From Cyanophora paradoxa CCMP329 (Eukaryota; Plantae; Glaucophyta): DNA of 52,487 bases. This document shows positions 1 to 11,800 of the stretch, piece by piece. The stretch covers positions 1 through 52,487 of the forward strand of contig QPMI01000276.1 in the NCBI GenBank assembly GCA_004431415.1. Reading direction: 5' to 3'. Made by a program: the position numbers and the translations under genes. Each line of letters opens with the position of its first letter. Position 1 is the first letter of the stretch. The notes under the pieces are model-generated. The model was not told the origin of the DNA, ran no database searches, and was given only the letters and a program-made list of their open reading frames with translations.

Positions 1-62
1 GGGGAGGGGGGAGGGAGGGGGCGGGAGGGAGGGGGCGGGAGAGGGGGGGGGGGGGGGGGGGG
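1..62. repeat. G-rich low-complexity tract
   Basis: Nearly pure G runs at the window start. Confidence 0.8.
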
Positions 63-1742
63 TGGCTGTGAAGGGAAGGGGAGGCTTGCTTGAAGACATC
101 GAGGAAGGCAGTTAGGACTTGGCGAGAATCAAACAGTGGGATAGCGGGGGGTACGCAGGGAGCGGGCGGGAGGGTACGAGCACTTTTTGTCGTCAAGTCG
201 TGCCTGGATGTCCGAATTCGAGGCGCAAGAGAGTGCCGACTCCCGCACACCGCTGCTGCGGAGCCCTTGATCATGAGCAACAGCGCGGGGGGTTCGAACG
301 ACAGCCTCGAGCTGCCGCAGGCGAGGCACGAGCTAGCTATATAGCGAGGAGAACGTTTAACAGGCATCGTAATCTAGATCTGGGGGGAGCCAGGCGAGCG
401 CGTTACGGAGAGGAGCCGATCGAGCGCTGCCTGATAGCTTTGATTAGCGGCGCGCAGGATCGTTGGCCCAGGCTCTGTTTGAGCGCGCGCGAGCTCGAGG
501 GCAGGCCAATGGCTGTACATGTACAGCTAGCTATAGCTATAGGTGACGGGAGAGCCGGACGGCTCTCACGCAGGCGCGGATGGATGAAGGTTGTAGAGAG
601 CGATCTAAGGTTAACCGGAGCCGGCTCGCAAGCGCGGCGGCGATGATCAGCACTAGCACTCGCCCGCCCTCGCCCCGCGGGAGAGCACGAAGCAGGTTAT
701 CGAACGATGGCTGAGCTCGAGATGCACGGGGCGGCGCGGGACTCACAGGGCAGGACCGAATGCACGCTCGCTTGGCCGCCTTCGCGCCGTCGTCCGAAGC
801 GCGTCGCCGAGTCGACCGACCCCTCCGGTCCTACCGCGAAGCGCGGAGACGCATGCTCGCTGCAGCTGCAGCTGTGCGATGGTGCAGCATTCGCTTGCTG
901 GTGTCACCGGGTACAGCTGGCCGGTGGTGCCCGGGTACGCTCTCTCTCAGACTTGACGTCGAATTCGAGATCGTATCTAAGCGGCAAGTTGGCACGGGCA
1001 ACTTTTTGCTGGCCCTTCGCGATTGTAACCCGGTTCTTACGTAACAGCAAGGCTAACCCTAATCCTCAGGGCCTGCGTATGGAGAACAATGGCGCTAAGC
1101 GGTTGTCGCGCGAACTTGTCGCCTACATGTGTGGCCGCAAGCGCGTCAGCGTCCGCGTCCCCGTAGCTTGCTCCCTCCGGATCCGAGTCCCTAGCTCGTC
1201 GAAAGCGATATCAGCAGTCGGCCGCTACAGCGCTCGAATATATCCGAATGCGCTCCTCGGCAACAGCGACGCGCGCGCATAGGCAAGCAAGCCAAGCGCG
1301 CTCGCCCTTAAGCGCATCTTCACGTAGGCCAGCTGCCGCACGAGGACAGCTGCAGCATGTTTTGAATCCAGCACGCGCGCTCAGCTGCGCGCGGCGAACA
1401 CGCGTACGACGCGTACGGACAGCCATGACAGCGAGCAGAGAAGACTCGGACGCGTTTGGCGATGGGACGACGGTGGCGAACAGCATGGAGAGCGCCTTGA
1501 TTTCGGCGCTCGTGAGCTTGGAGGACGGGTCGTGGCGGTGGCGGCGGCGGCGGGAGCTCCGCCGGCTTTCAACCGTCGCTCGGGCGCAGCGACGGGTGGG
1601 GCGGAGCGCGGGCCTCCCGCAGCTCCAGCGGACGGCCTTGACATCGCGTCTCCTGCGAGCGCTCGCGGATCTTAAGCTTCCTCCCTTCACTTCCCGCCAA
1701 GGCGGCGGCCATCATCGAGCTTCGTGGCCTTTCGGGGCCGGC

Positions 1743-4700
1743 ATGCTCCGGCGCCTCGCATCCGCGCGTACACGCCGGAGAACACGAAATCGACCCGCCG
1801 TGGGCCCCCGGCGCGCCCTGCCCCGGCCTCTCCGTCGTCAGCGACTCGCCCGACCCGCCGCGGTTCCTCCCGCTCTGCCGCGGCCGCCGCCCCTCTCCGC
1901 CCTCTCCTCGAACCCCTGCGAGCCGCCCGGGCGTGCGACCTCTGCGACTCGGCGTCCTCCTCAGCCTCCACATCGGTGGACGAGCTCGTGCTGCCGGCGG
2001 CCGCCGCGCGCCCCGCGCCCCGCCACCGCCTTGCTCCGACTCCCCGTCGCCGCGGCCTTCGCTCACCGCGTGCGCCGCCAGCCCCGCGCCCCGCCCCGCC
2101 CGCCCCTCCCCGCTCGGCCGACGCTCTTGACCCGCAGGCCCTCTCCGTGCGGGTCTCCTCATCGTCCCACCCTCCTCACCGTCCGCGCCCGCCCGCCGCC
2201 GGGCGCCCCTCGCGCCCTGACCTCCCCGTCGCCGCCGCAGCTCTCGCTCGAACATCTTCGTGTGGTCCGCGCGCCTCCCGCCGGCCGGCGCCGGCCCGCC
2301 CCGCCCGCGCGGCGGCCGACGCGGCCCGGCAGGTACCTGGGCTACCGCTCGTACTCGAGAACGTCGAGCGCCTCAGCGGCGTCATGGAGCGGGTCCGCGC
2401 CCGCCCGCGTGCCCCACTTCCCCTCTCGATCCGGGCTGGGCCCGGGCGCCGAGCCCCGGGCGGGCGGCAGGATCTGCTGGCGCAGCTCTCCTCCGCTCCG
2501 ACGACTTCGTCGACGGGCCCGCCGTCGCCGCCCGCGCGTGCGTACCCCCGCCCCGCCCGTCCCTCCTCCCGCGTCGCCGACGCGAGCGGGCGCGCAGCAT
2601 CGCGGACGAGTTCCTGTACGGGCGCCTGGTCCCCTCCGACCAGGGCGCCTCAGACCGCATGTGGAGCTGATGAAGAACCGCCCTTCGCCTACTCGGTCAC
2701 CCTGGGGTACACTCTCCCGCCTTCGAATCGCTGCCCGCACTCCGCCGACGGGGCGGGCCGGCGGCAGGTTCGAGAACGGGTACGCGCTGGCGTACGGCCG
2801 GACGGCCCGCAGACCGTGACCCGGCTGGGGCGCCGGGGTACCAGTATCGTGCGCGCCGCCCGTCGGACGGAGGCGCCCGCGCGCGGCCGACGGCGCCTGT
2901 ACCCGTCTCAGGTGACGCTGAACGCGACCTGCGCGAACCCGAACCTGCTCGCCGAGTCCTTCACCGGCGGGCCCTCCCGAACGCGCGCGCCGTACCCCCC
3001 CCCCGACCCCGATCTCCTCTGAGGGGTTTGCGCAGTTCGTGCTTTCAACGCGGGCCGCTCCGGTACCCGGAGGCGCCCCGTCTTCACCGTCCGAACTTCG
3101 TGCGCTGCCGTACGCCGGATCCTCTGCGCCTGCCCTCACCTCTTCTTCACCCAGGACGTCCGCCGGCACCTGTGCGCCGAGCCTGCCCCCGCGCGGCGGT
3201 ACCCCCGCGCCGGCCGCTGATCCCCGCGGCAGCTTCTACGAGACGGCGGCGGCGGCGAGCGCCCCGCGCTGGTCTCCCGCCATGTGCGCCCCGCCCGAGC
3301 CCGAGCCCGCCCGGCCGCCCCGCCCGGGACGAACGTTGGAGGGGGCAGGTTCGGGCGACGGGCGCTGACGCTCTTCCGGAGCGAACGCTGCGGGCCCGGG
3401 CCCGGGGCGCCCCTGCTCGGCGTCGCCGCGTGGAGTCCACGCCGCCGACTTCGGCGACGCCGCCCGCGTGCGTTTGGCAGCCCCTTTTGGCCCCCCCGGC
3501 TGACGCGGCGAGGGCGGCAGACGGTGCTTGGGCGCTACGGTCCGCGGCGCTCGCCTTCGCCATCGAGCGCCGTCCGAGCAGTTCTCTCTTCACCACGCGC
3601 GCCGCCCCGCCGCCCCACCCTCCGCCCGCATGGCCGCACTGAGCGCCGCCGCAGCCTCGGGAGCGCGACGCGGCACGTGGACCCGGCCCCGGGCCTCCTG
3701 GCGCGCCCTGCCCGCCCCGCCGCCCGCGCCGGCCGCCGCCCTGCCTCTCACGCCGCCCCCTGACGCCGCCCGCGGCAGGTGCCGGACGAGCGGCTGAGCC
3801 CGGGACGAGCGACGCGCAGCGATGCGCGACATTGTCCGCGCGCTCGAGGCGCCCTCGGCGGGTGCCGGCCGCTCTCTGCCCCGCCTCGCCCCGCGGCCCG
3901 CCATCGACACGGCGCGGGCCCGCGCAGGCCGCTGTGGCGGGTGGAGGGACGGCGACGCGGCGGATCGCAGTGGGGGGCGCTTCGCTGGTCGCCCAGGTCC
4001 TCCCACTCGAAGTGTTCCTATGCCCGACCCCTCACCCCCGCCACGCGTAGATCTTCCCTTACAGCGCGACGGCCTCGACTGGCTCTACGTCTTCTCGTCG
4101 AGGAGGCCCGCCCGCCCGCCCGCCGCCCCGCCGCCGCCCCGCGCCCGCTCGCGCTGACGAAAGTTTCGCGCCCGGCGCAGTCCGATTCCAAGACCAGCGG
4201 CCGGCGGAACAAGCAGACCGTCGGTGTGTCCGTGCGCACAGCGGCCGCGCACACGCGCGGCCGCCGCGGCCCCAGAAGCAGGAGCCCTGACGCGGCGACA
4301 GTTCTGATGACGGCCTCGGTGTGCTCGCTGGCGGTCGTGCTCGCCGTCTCCATCCGCTCCTCGTCGTCGTCCCGCTCCGCTCCCTCTCCCGCCGCATCGA
4401 GAACCTCCGCTTCCTCCGCCGCCGCTTCGCTCCGGCGAGACCGCCACGGACGAGGAGGAGGAGAGACGCCTCGGCGGCGCCGAGGAGACGGAGCACGAGG
4501 GCGGGGCACCCCGGCCCTGGCGCGAGCCCGGCGCCAGCCCCGGCGCGAGGGCGGGGCCCGCGGGGCGCTCCTTCGCCTCGAGCTCCTCGGCCGCCTCGCG
4601 GATCTCGCGGGAGTCGAACCCGGTCCCGGTGGAGGTTGACGAGGAGTCGCCCCCGCCCCGCCCCGGCCCGGCCCCGGCCTCGGGCGCCCGCATCGCCGCC

Positions 4701-6724
4701 CGACGCCATTCGGATGGCTCGGGCGCGGCCGCCAGCCCAGCCGGAGAGGCGCGCCGCCCGGCTCGCCCCGGCCCGGCCCGGCGCGGCCCCCCGGCTGATC
4801 CGCCTCGGCAGGTCGCCCCGCTGCGCCTTCGGCAGCGGCGGCGGAGCGTGCGGCCGATGCTCAGCGAGTTCCGTGCGCCCCTCCCCGCCCCGCCTCCCGC
4901 CCGCCTCCCGCCCGCCCCCCGCCGCCCGGCGCCCGGTCACCGCCGCGGGCGCAGGCGACATCGAGGACGCGTTCCGCGCGATGGCGGCCGGCGTCCGCAG
5001 CTTCGTGCGCCCCTCCGACCCCTCCGCCCTGACGCCGGGCCTGACGTCCCGCCGCCCGCCCGCGCAGGAGAAGTACGTCCCAGGCGACTGCATGGACGCC
5101 CTCATGCGCTCCCGCGTGCTCGCCAAGCCCGGTACCCCCTGCCCTCCCGTCCCCCTAACTTGGTTCTGACGGTACCCCCGCAGGCCTCTCGCACCACTCC
5201 TGCGCCGTCCTCTTCGCCGACATCCAGGTACCCCGCTGGCCCACCCTGGGGCCGGCCTGAGCGGTACCCCTCACGCAGGACTTCTCGGCGCTGACGGAGA
5301 CGATGGGCCCGAGCGGCTCGTGGAGTCGTCGGCGAGGTTCGCAGCGAGCGCCCGCCGCCGCCCGAGGGCTGAGCGGCCCTGCGCGCAGGCGATGGAGGTG
5401 CTCTCGCAGCGCATCACCGAGGCCCGCGGCACGTCGACAAGTACCTGGCGACGCCGTCGTGCGCCCTTTGCGTGGATCTGCCGCCCGCCCCGCCCGATCG
5501 AGCCGAGCGCCCGCCCAGATGGCGTTCTTCTCGACGCCGCTGCAGCGCTCGAGCAGCGCGAGCTGCACGCCTGCGCGGCCGCCCTCGCCTGCCAGCGCGC
5601 CTCGCCGAGCTCCGCCCCGGCTGGCGCGCCCGCGGCCTGCCGGCGCTCGAGGTCCGCATCGGCATCGACGGTGCGCCCGGCCCGGCCCGCCCGCGTCCGC
5701 GCGCCCGCCGCCCGCGCCGACGGAGGCTCCGCGCCCCCGCGCGCAGCCGGCCGGGTGCTCATCGGCAACTTCGGCTCCACCTCCCGTCCGCCCGCGGGCT
5801 TCCCGTTGGCCGCCGTCCTTCCGTAGCGACGCGCGCGGCGCAGGCTGAACTACACTGTGCTCGGCGACCGTGTGAACATCGCCGCCCGCCTCGAGCCCTC
5901 AACAAACGGCCCGCCCCGTTCCCGACTGCTCCGCGCCGCCGCGTCTGACGCGGGGCGGGCGGGCAGGTACGGGACTTCGATCCTGGTGAGCGGGGACGTG
6001 GCGACGCTGCCCGAGGTCCGCGACCGCTTCCTCACCCGCCTCGTCGACAAGGCCCGCCCCGCCCCGCCCCGCCCCGCCCCGCTCCCGGTCATCGGCGCCG
6101 CTCACCGGTCTGCAGGTGGTGCTGAAGGGGCGGAGCGGCGCTACATTCGCGCACGAGCTGGTGGCGGGTCGCGGGGAGGCGACTCCCGAGCAGGCGGCGG
6201 CGGCGCTCGCCTACGAGGCGGCCTTCGACCTCTACCTCGCCCGCAGGCGCGCCGGGGTCAGCGAGGGCGGCCCCCGCCTCGCGCTGAGGGGGCGGGGCGC
6301 TTGTCATCAGGTTCGGGGAGGCGGCGGCGGCCTTCGAGCGCTGCGGCCCGCTGCTGGACGCCGCCCGCGAGCCGGCCCCCGCCCAGCGCTCCACCTCCCC
6401 TCCAGGCCCGCCCCGTCCGCCCGCCCCGCCCGCCCCGCCGCCCCGCCCGCCGCGAGCTTCGGACCGAGGCGGCCCTCGCGCCCCCGCAGCACAACGCCAG
6501 CGACGGCGGACCGGTCGGCGGCGCTGCTGGCGGCGCGCTGCCGCGCCCTCGAGGCGTGCGCCCCCGGCCCGAGTGGACGGTCCGCCCCGGCCCGCGCCCC
6601 GCCCGCCTCCGCCCCCTTCCCCGCCCCCGCTCCCCGCCCCGGCCTGGCCCGCCCGGCCTCGTCTCATGCGGACGCTCGCCTGCGCTGCGCAGGAACTGAC
6701 GTCCTCGTCGACAAGTTCTCGTGA
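1743..6724 (+). CDS. Membrane HAMP-domain class III adenylate/guanylate cyclase (multi-exon; start uncertain)
   Basis: Spliced exons give cyclase motifs: AVLFADIQDFSALTE (~5205-5300), ..DKYLGDA, MAFF, EVRIGI, VLIGNFGS..RLNYTVLGDRVNIAARLE, YGTSILVS, RLVDKVVLKGRS. Upstream are a TM segment (TVLMTASVCSLAVVLAVS) and HAMP-like DIEDAFRAMAAGVRSFEKYVP. It ends DVLVDKFS* at 6724. Confidence 0.85.
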
Positions 6725-7646
6725 GAACCGGCGGCCGCCGCCGGCGGGGCCGGCTTGCGCGGCCGGTCCCGATTAAACAATAAGTAATTCAAGAGCCACT
6801 CCCGATGTTTCGGCGATCAACTCCAAATTGTACTTTCTAAGCTCCGCTTCTTGTACAGAGATTCGATGAAATCCTCCGGCTTGTGTAGCGTGTATACAGA
6901 GACTCACAGTTGCGCTTCGCTTTCCGTCAGTGATAGTTCTCGCCGCCTCCTCGTGCTAGGCGATTAGGTGTTTCAATTTGCGATTCCGGTTTTATCACAG
7001 TATCCGGAAATCGATCAAGTGTTTGCGATAAACCAGTGCTATATACTAGGCCTCGCGGGTATATTGTGTGTATTTTGAACCTGCAATTGCCCCTTGCCTT
7101 CGCCTCGAGCTCTGCGGGACCGTCGGACTCTTCAGTCCGCTGATCGTTAGACGCTCACCCGTGTAAAGCTAGGTGTAGACCTCGCGCGTACTTATGCCAG
7201 ATTGAGATTTCGTTATTTAGGATTATAATAGAACATTTTCGGTAGAATCTTCAGCGCCTCAAATGAAGCTAAACCGATGCAGTAACACGTCACGGCGTGC
7301 CATTGCCTGAAGTTCACTTAAATATAAACCTCGAGCTCGGGGTCTGGGTAGTGTTCGCTATAGGAGCCTAGGAGCAACTCGCGCGGTATCGATCGCGAGT
7401 CTAATTAATTCGCGACTGATGAGCTGTCGGGCAACTTCTGAAAAAACCGATTGCGAATGCGATAATTTTCTTCCCTTCACTCGAACTCGAATAGATTTTT
7501 TAACTGGACACATGACGTCGGACGTGACGTGGCGGCCGCGCGTACGCACCGTGGCACGTGATCGCACAGAGCTCAGCTAGCTCTCAAGCGTCGAGCGTCG
7601 AAATTACGGAAGATATCAATAGCGATGATGGCTAGGTTTCGGCCGC

Positions 7647-7732
7647 TAGATTTCACGATGGCTGCCGCTTCTTGTTCATGTGGCATAAATAGATTTCACG
7701 ATGGCTTCCGCTTCTTGTTCATGTGGCATAAA
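7647..7732. repeat. 43-bp tandem duplication
   Basis: tagatttcacgatggct(g/t)ccgcttcttgttcatgtggcataaa x2 with 1 mismatch. Confidence 0.9.
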
Positions 7733-8803
7733 TAAGTAGGGGGTGCGGGGGGGCTTGTCCCCCTGTTTGTTAAAGAAGCATAGCTGAAGTTCGAATTCAC
7801 GGCTTGCGGCTTCAAGGCTTAGGGGTTCGCTCCAGGCTAGGGAGTTCAACCTTGCAAACTTGAAGGTTAATCGTCGAACCCCCGTCACCGCGTGCCAAGT
7901 CGGCAGCAGTTAATTTTATAACAACAGCAAATTGACGAATAGGATCGATGTCGTCGTTGGGAAGCCCCCGCTTCATCGACGCTGGAGGCTGGAGCCGTGG
8001 GGTGCGGGCCTGCGCCCACCATATGCATGCCAGCCACACGGGTGCCACACTAACGTTCCTCGACAAGAAATGAAAGAGGAAATCGCAATTTGGAAGCAGA
8101 GCAGAGAGCTTAAGCTGTTGGCGTCCTGCAGTTCAGATGTGTTGCAAGTATTTAGTCGGAGGCCGAGGCCGAGGAGCGGGCTCTCTAGTTTCGGCGAATG
8201 AAAGCGTCCCGGCTCCTGCGAAGTTTGCTGAAAAGAGAAGATTTCGAATCGCGCTACGTCTACGCACACTAAACAAGAAGCGAAACCTATTTTGAGTTAA
8301 GACGTCGAAAGCAGGTTCTTGCAGCGATGCCCCGAACGCCCCTCAGGCTTGCAATTATCGCGTGTATTCGAGGTCGGCGATCCTCTCCCGGAGAGTTCAG
8401 CGGCCGGCCTTGCCCCCGTCAGGCGCTCCGGGCTACTCCTCGCGGCCCGGCGGGCAGCTGCCGGGGCGCTGCCCCGCGAGCTCGAGCGATGGGCGGCGCT
8501 GTACAGCGAGCGAGGGGGCTCCGGCCGAGGACTCGGCGGAGAGCGTGCCCATAAGTCCCTGCCCGAGCTCCACCCCGTGCACCTGCGCCCCGCGGCGATC
8601 GAAATCACTCCAACGCCCAATGAGAATTCACGGGGCCCGGCCCGCGATCTAAAGTGAACGCTGCATGTCGTTCGCGAATTCGATGTTAAATCGCCCAACC
8701 GACCGATTATAATTCACATGGCCCGGCCCGCGATATAAGTGAACGCTGGCCATGGATGTCGCTCGCGATTTAGACGTATATCTCCGTTTACTCGCCCGAC
8801 CGA

Positions 8804-11800
8804 TTAATGAAGACGCACCAGCATGGCCCCCTGCCCGCATTCCGCCTCCATTTCTGCCGCGACCGCCCCCAGCTCGGCCTCCACCGCCGCCGCCGCCGCC
8901 TCGGCCCCGGCGGGAGCCGCGGCGGCGGGCTCGGCGCTGCGGCGGCGGCGGCGGCGGGCGAGGCGCTCGGCCGCCGTGACCAGCGCCGCGTCCAGCTCCG
9001 CCGCCCGCACCGGCTTCTGCGGGGCGCGTGGGCGTTCGGCGGCCGGGAAGGCTTAAGGGGCGCCGGGGGGGGGCGGGCTGACGGCGAGGAAGGCGTCGAA
9101 GCCGGCGTCGGCGCACTCGATCCGGTCCCGCGCTCCCACGTTCGCTGCCCCCAGCGTGAGGCGAGGGGGGCGGGCGGGCCTCGAGCGGGGGCACGGGCGC
9201 GCCTGAGAGGGCGATGGCGTAGGGGAGGCGGGCCGGGGGCAGCTCGGCGCGCATTCGCCGCAGCGACTCCAGCCCGTCCATCCGCGGCATCATAATGTCT
9301 GCCCCCGCGATGCCGAAGTTAACGGATTCGTGGCCGATAAGGTATATTTTGGAAGCGTCCTTGTTCGCGATTTGATTTGGGGCGGGATGAAGGGCGGCAC
9401 CGTACCGGAGAGGAGGAGGTCGAAGGGCTCGCCGCGGGCCTCGGCCGCCCGCGCCGCCTCCAGCGCCTCCCGCCCGTCCCCCGCGTGCACGACCCGCGCG
9501 TAGCCCAGCTTCCGCAGCTGCACCATCACGATCTTCGCGTTCGTCTGCCCGCCCCGCCGCGTGAGGCGCGCGGGCGAGGCCGGGGAGGGGAAGAGAAGGG
9601 GCCCGGGGCGGGGCGCGCCGGCGTGTCCTCAGAGAAGAGGATGCGGAGCTGCGCGCGGTCCGTGGCCGCCGCTGGCGGCTCCTGCACGGCGGCCACCGGC
9701 GCCGCCGCCGAGGCCATCGACGGCCCCGCCGACTCGGCGCCCTCCGCCGCGACGCACCCCGCCTGCGAAATTAGAGAACGAGCGCAAACGTTAACACCGG
9801 TCAGCCCAACGTTCATAGTTGGGTCTCGGGGTTCGACGTCGGGGGCGGAGCGGGGGCGGACGGCGGGGGCGGGGCGGGGCGGGGGCGGCCCGGGCTCGAG
9901 GGCGCCGGGGAGGTCCTCGTCGAAGGCGGGCGCCAGCGTGTCCGCCTGTCGGAAGATCTACTCCGGCCCCGGCCCGGCCCCGGTCAGCGCGCCAGGCCCA
10001 GCTCCGGATCCCGCGGCCGGGCACGTGCACCTCTGTCTCGCTGTGGCTCCGCGGGATGGAGCGCGGCACGCTGGCGTCCCGCCGCGCCCGGAACCCCTGC
10101 ACCAGGCACCTGCGAGCCGCGCCACGGGCCGCTCAGGGCCGGCTGGGTCGGGTCGGGCGGGGCGGGGCGGACTCGTGGAGGTTGTGCTCGGAGACGGGGA
10201 GCCGCAGCGAGTACACGTTCTCCCGCCGCGCCCCTGCGCCCCCGCAGCGGTCAATGTAGGGCCGCTCAGAATGCGGCGGCGCGCTGCGCACAGGGGGCGA
10301 ACGGGACGTGGATGCGGAGGGGTATGACGGGGGCCGGCGCGAGGTCCCCCGCGCTCTTCGCCCGCTGGAGCTCCTCGCACAGGCCGTCCACCTGCGCGGC
10401 GACCGCGAGTTCGGCACGCAAGCTCGCAATACACGAGCGTGAACTCGATGTTTAATACGAGCTTCTGGCAGCTAGCAGCTAGCTTCACAGAGCGTAGACT
10501 TGAGTCTTCGACCGCTAAACTGCATCTGTAGGCCTAGGGGCGGAATCTAGACCGCGGGCTCTCGCGCACGACCGCGGCCATCTGGTCCTTGGAGACGAGG
10601 GAGGGCATGTAGAAGAGGACGCCCCCGATCTCGCCCCCGCGCCCCGCCGCCACCTCCGCTTGAATCGCCTGCGGGGGGACCAAGCCTCAAGTCGCAGGCG
10701 ACCGCCGTGCGAAAAGGCGGGAAAACAGCGGAGCCGCCAGCGGTCTCGCGATCGGTGTCGAGTTGGACGCACCGCGAAAGTGTCTTCGACGCTCCGAACC
10801 TGTCGACGCACGCGCATTAGACGCATTAGACGCCGGTTAACGTTCGCTTCACGTTTGTTTGCAAACTCAGATGTCGCATTGATTTATGTACACCATGGCG
10901 CAAGTATCACACAGTTTCGCAAATTAAAAGCGCTGCATATTTAGCGAATCGAGAACGCAATAGCTTTCAATTGGAATTATTTCTTGGTTTTGTTCAAGTG
11001 AGTTTTGCGGTCCTAGACTAATCTCGGCTTCAAATCAAGTAACGCCCCGGCCCCGGTTAGAACCTCAAGTTACCTTCGGATTTTGCAGATCGCCGATTTC
11101 CGTCAAAATCATTCGTTTTTGTTTAACAAAAAAAACGATTTTGCGGTCCCGTTTAGCAATAACTCGTCGCGCGAAAATATTTCGCGGTCTAAGTAAATTT
11201 ACGCCAAATGGATGAAGCGAAATCGAACCTCGACGAGGCGCATGCCCCAGCGGGCGCTGTCGACGGCGATGGTGCCCGCCCACTCGGGCTCGTCCACCGC
11301 GATAATGAAGGCCTTGCCCCGCAGAACCGGGTCGCCCTGCCCGCCCGCCCCAGCGTGAGCGGAGAAATTAATTCGAGCGTCAGCGGGCGGGCCTCGAGGA
11401 CGGCGGCGGCCTTGAGAAGGGGCAGCAGCGGGTCGTCCTGCTGCACCGCCGCCGCCCGGAACGTGAACGAGAACGTGCTGCGAGCGCGCGCGCGGCCCGC
11501 AGGTAATATAAGGCGAGCGGCAAAGGGAATTCGAGGGGGCGCGGGCGGGCCTGCCGGTGCCGGGCGTGGAGACCACCTCCAGGCCCCCGCCGAGCGCCTC
11601 CGCGATGTGCAGCTGCCCGACCCCATAGATGTCGGATCTCGGATGGAGACGTTTACGCGATATCGATCTGTGGGCCGGGGCGATTACCGAGATGAAGAGT
11701 CCGAGGCCCGTCCCTGCCGCGTCGATATCACGCGTGAGAAATATGAATAGATACGATCTCGAGCAATTTAACCTTAAGTATGATTTATATCTCAATCCCT

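Noticed and set aside
1-62. Telomere
   Set aside because: Irregular poly-G with no periodic telomeric unit.
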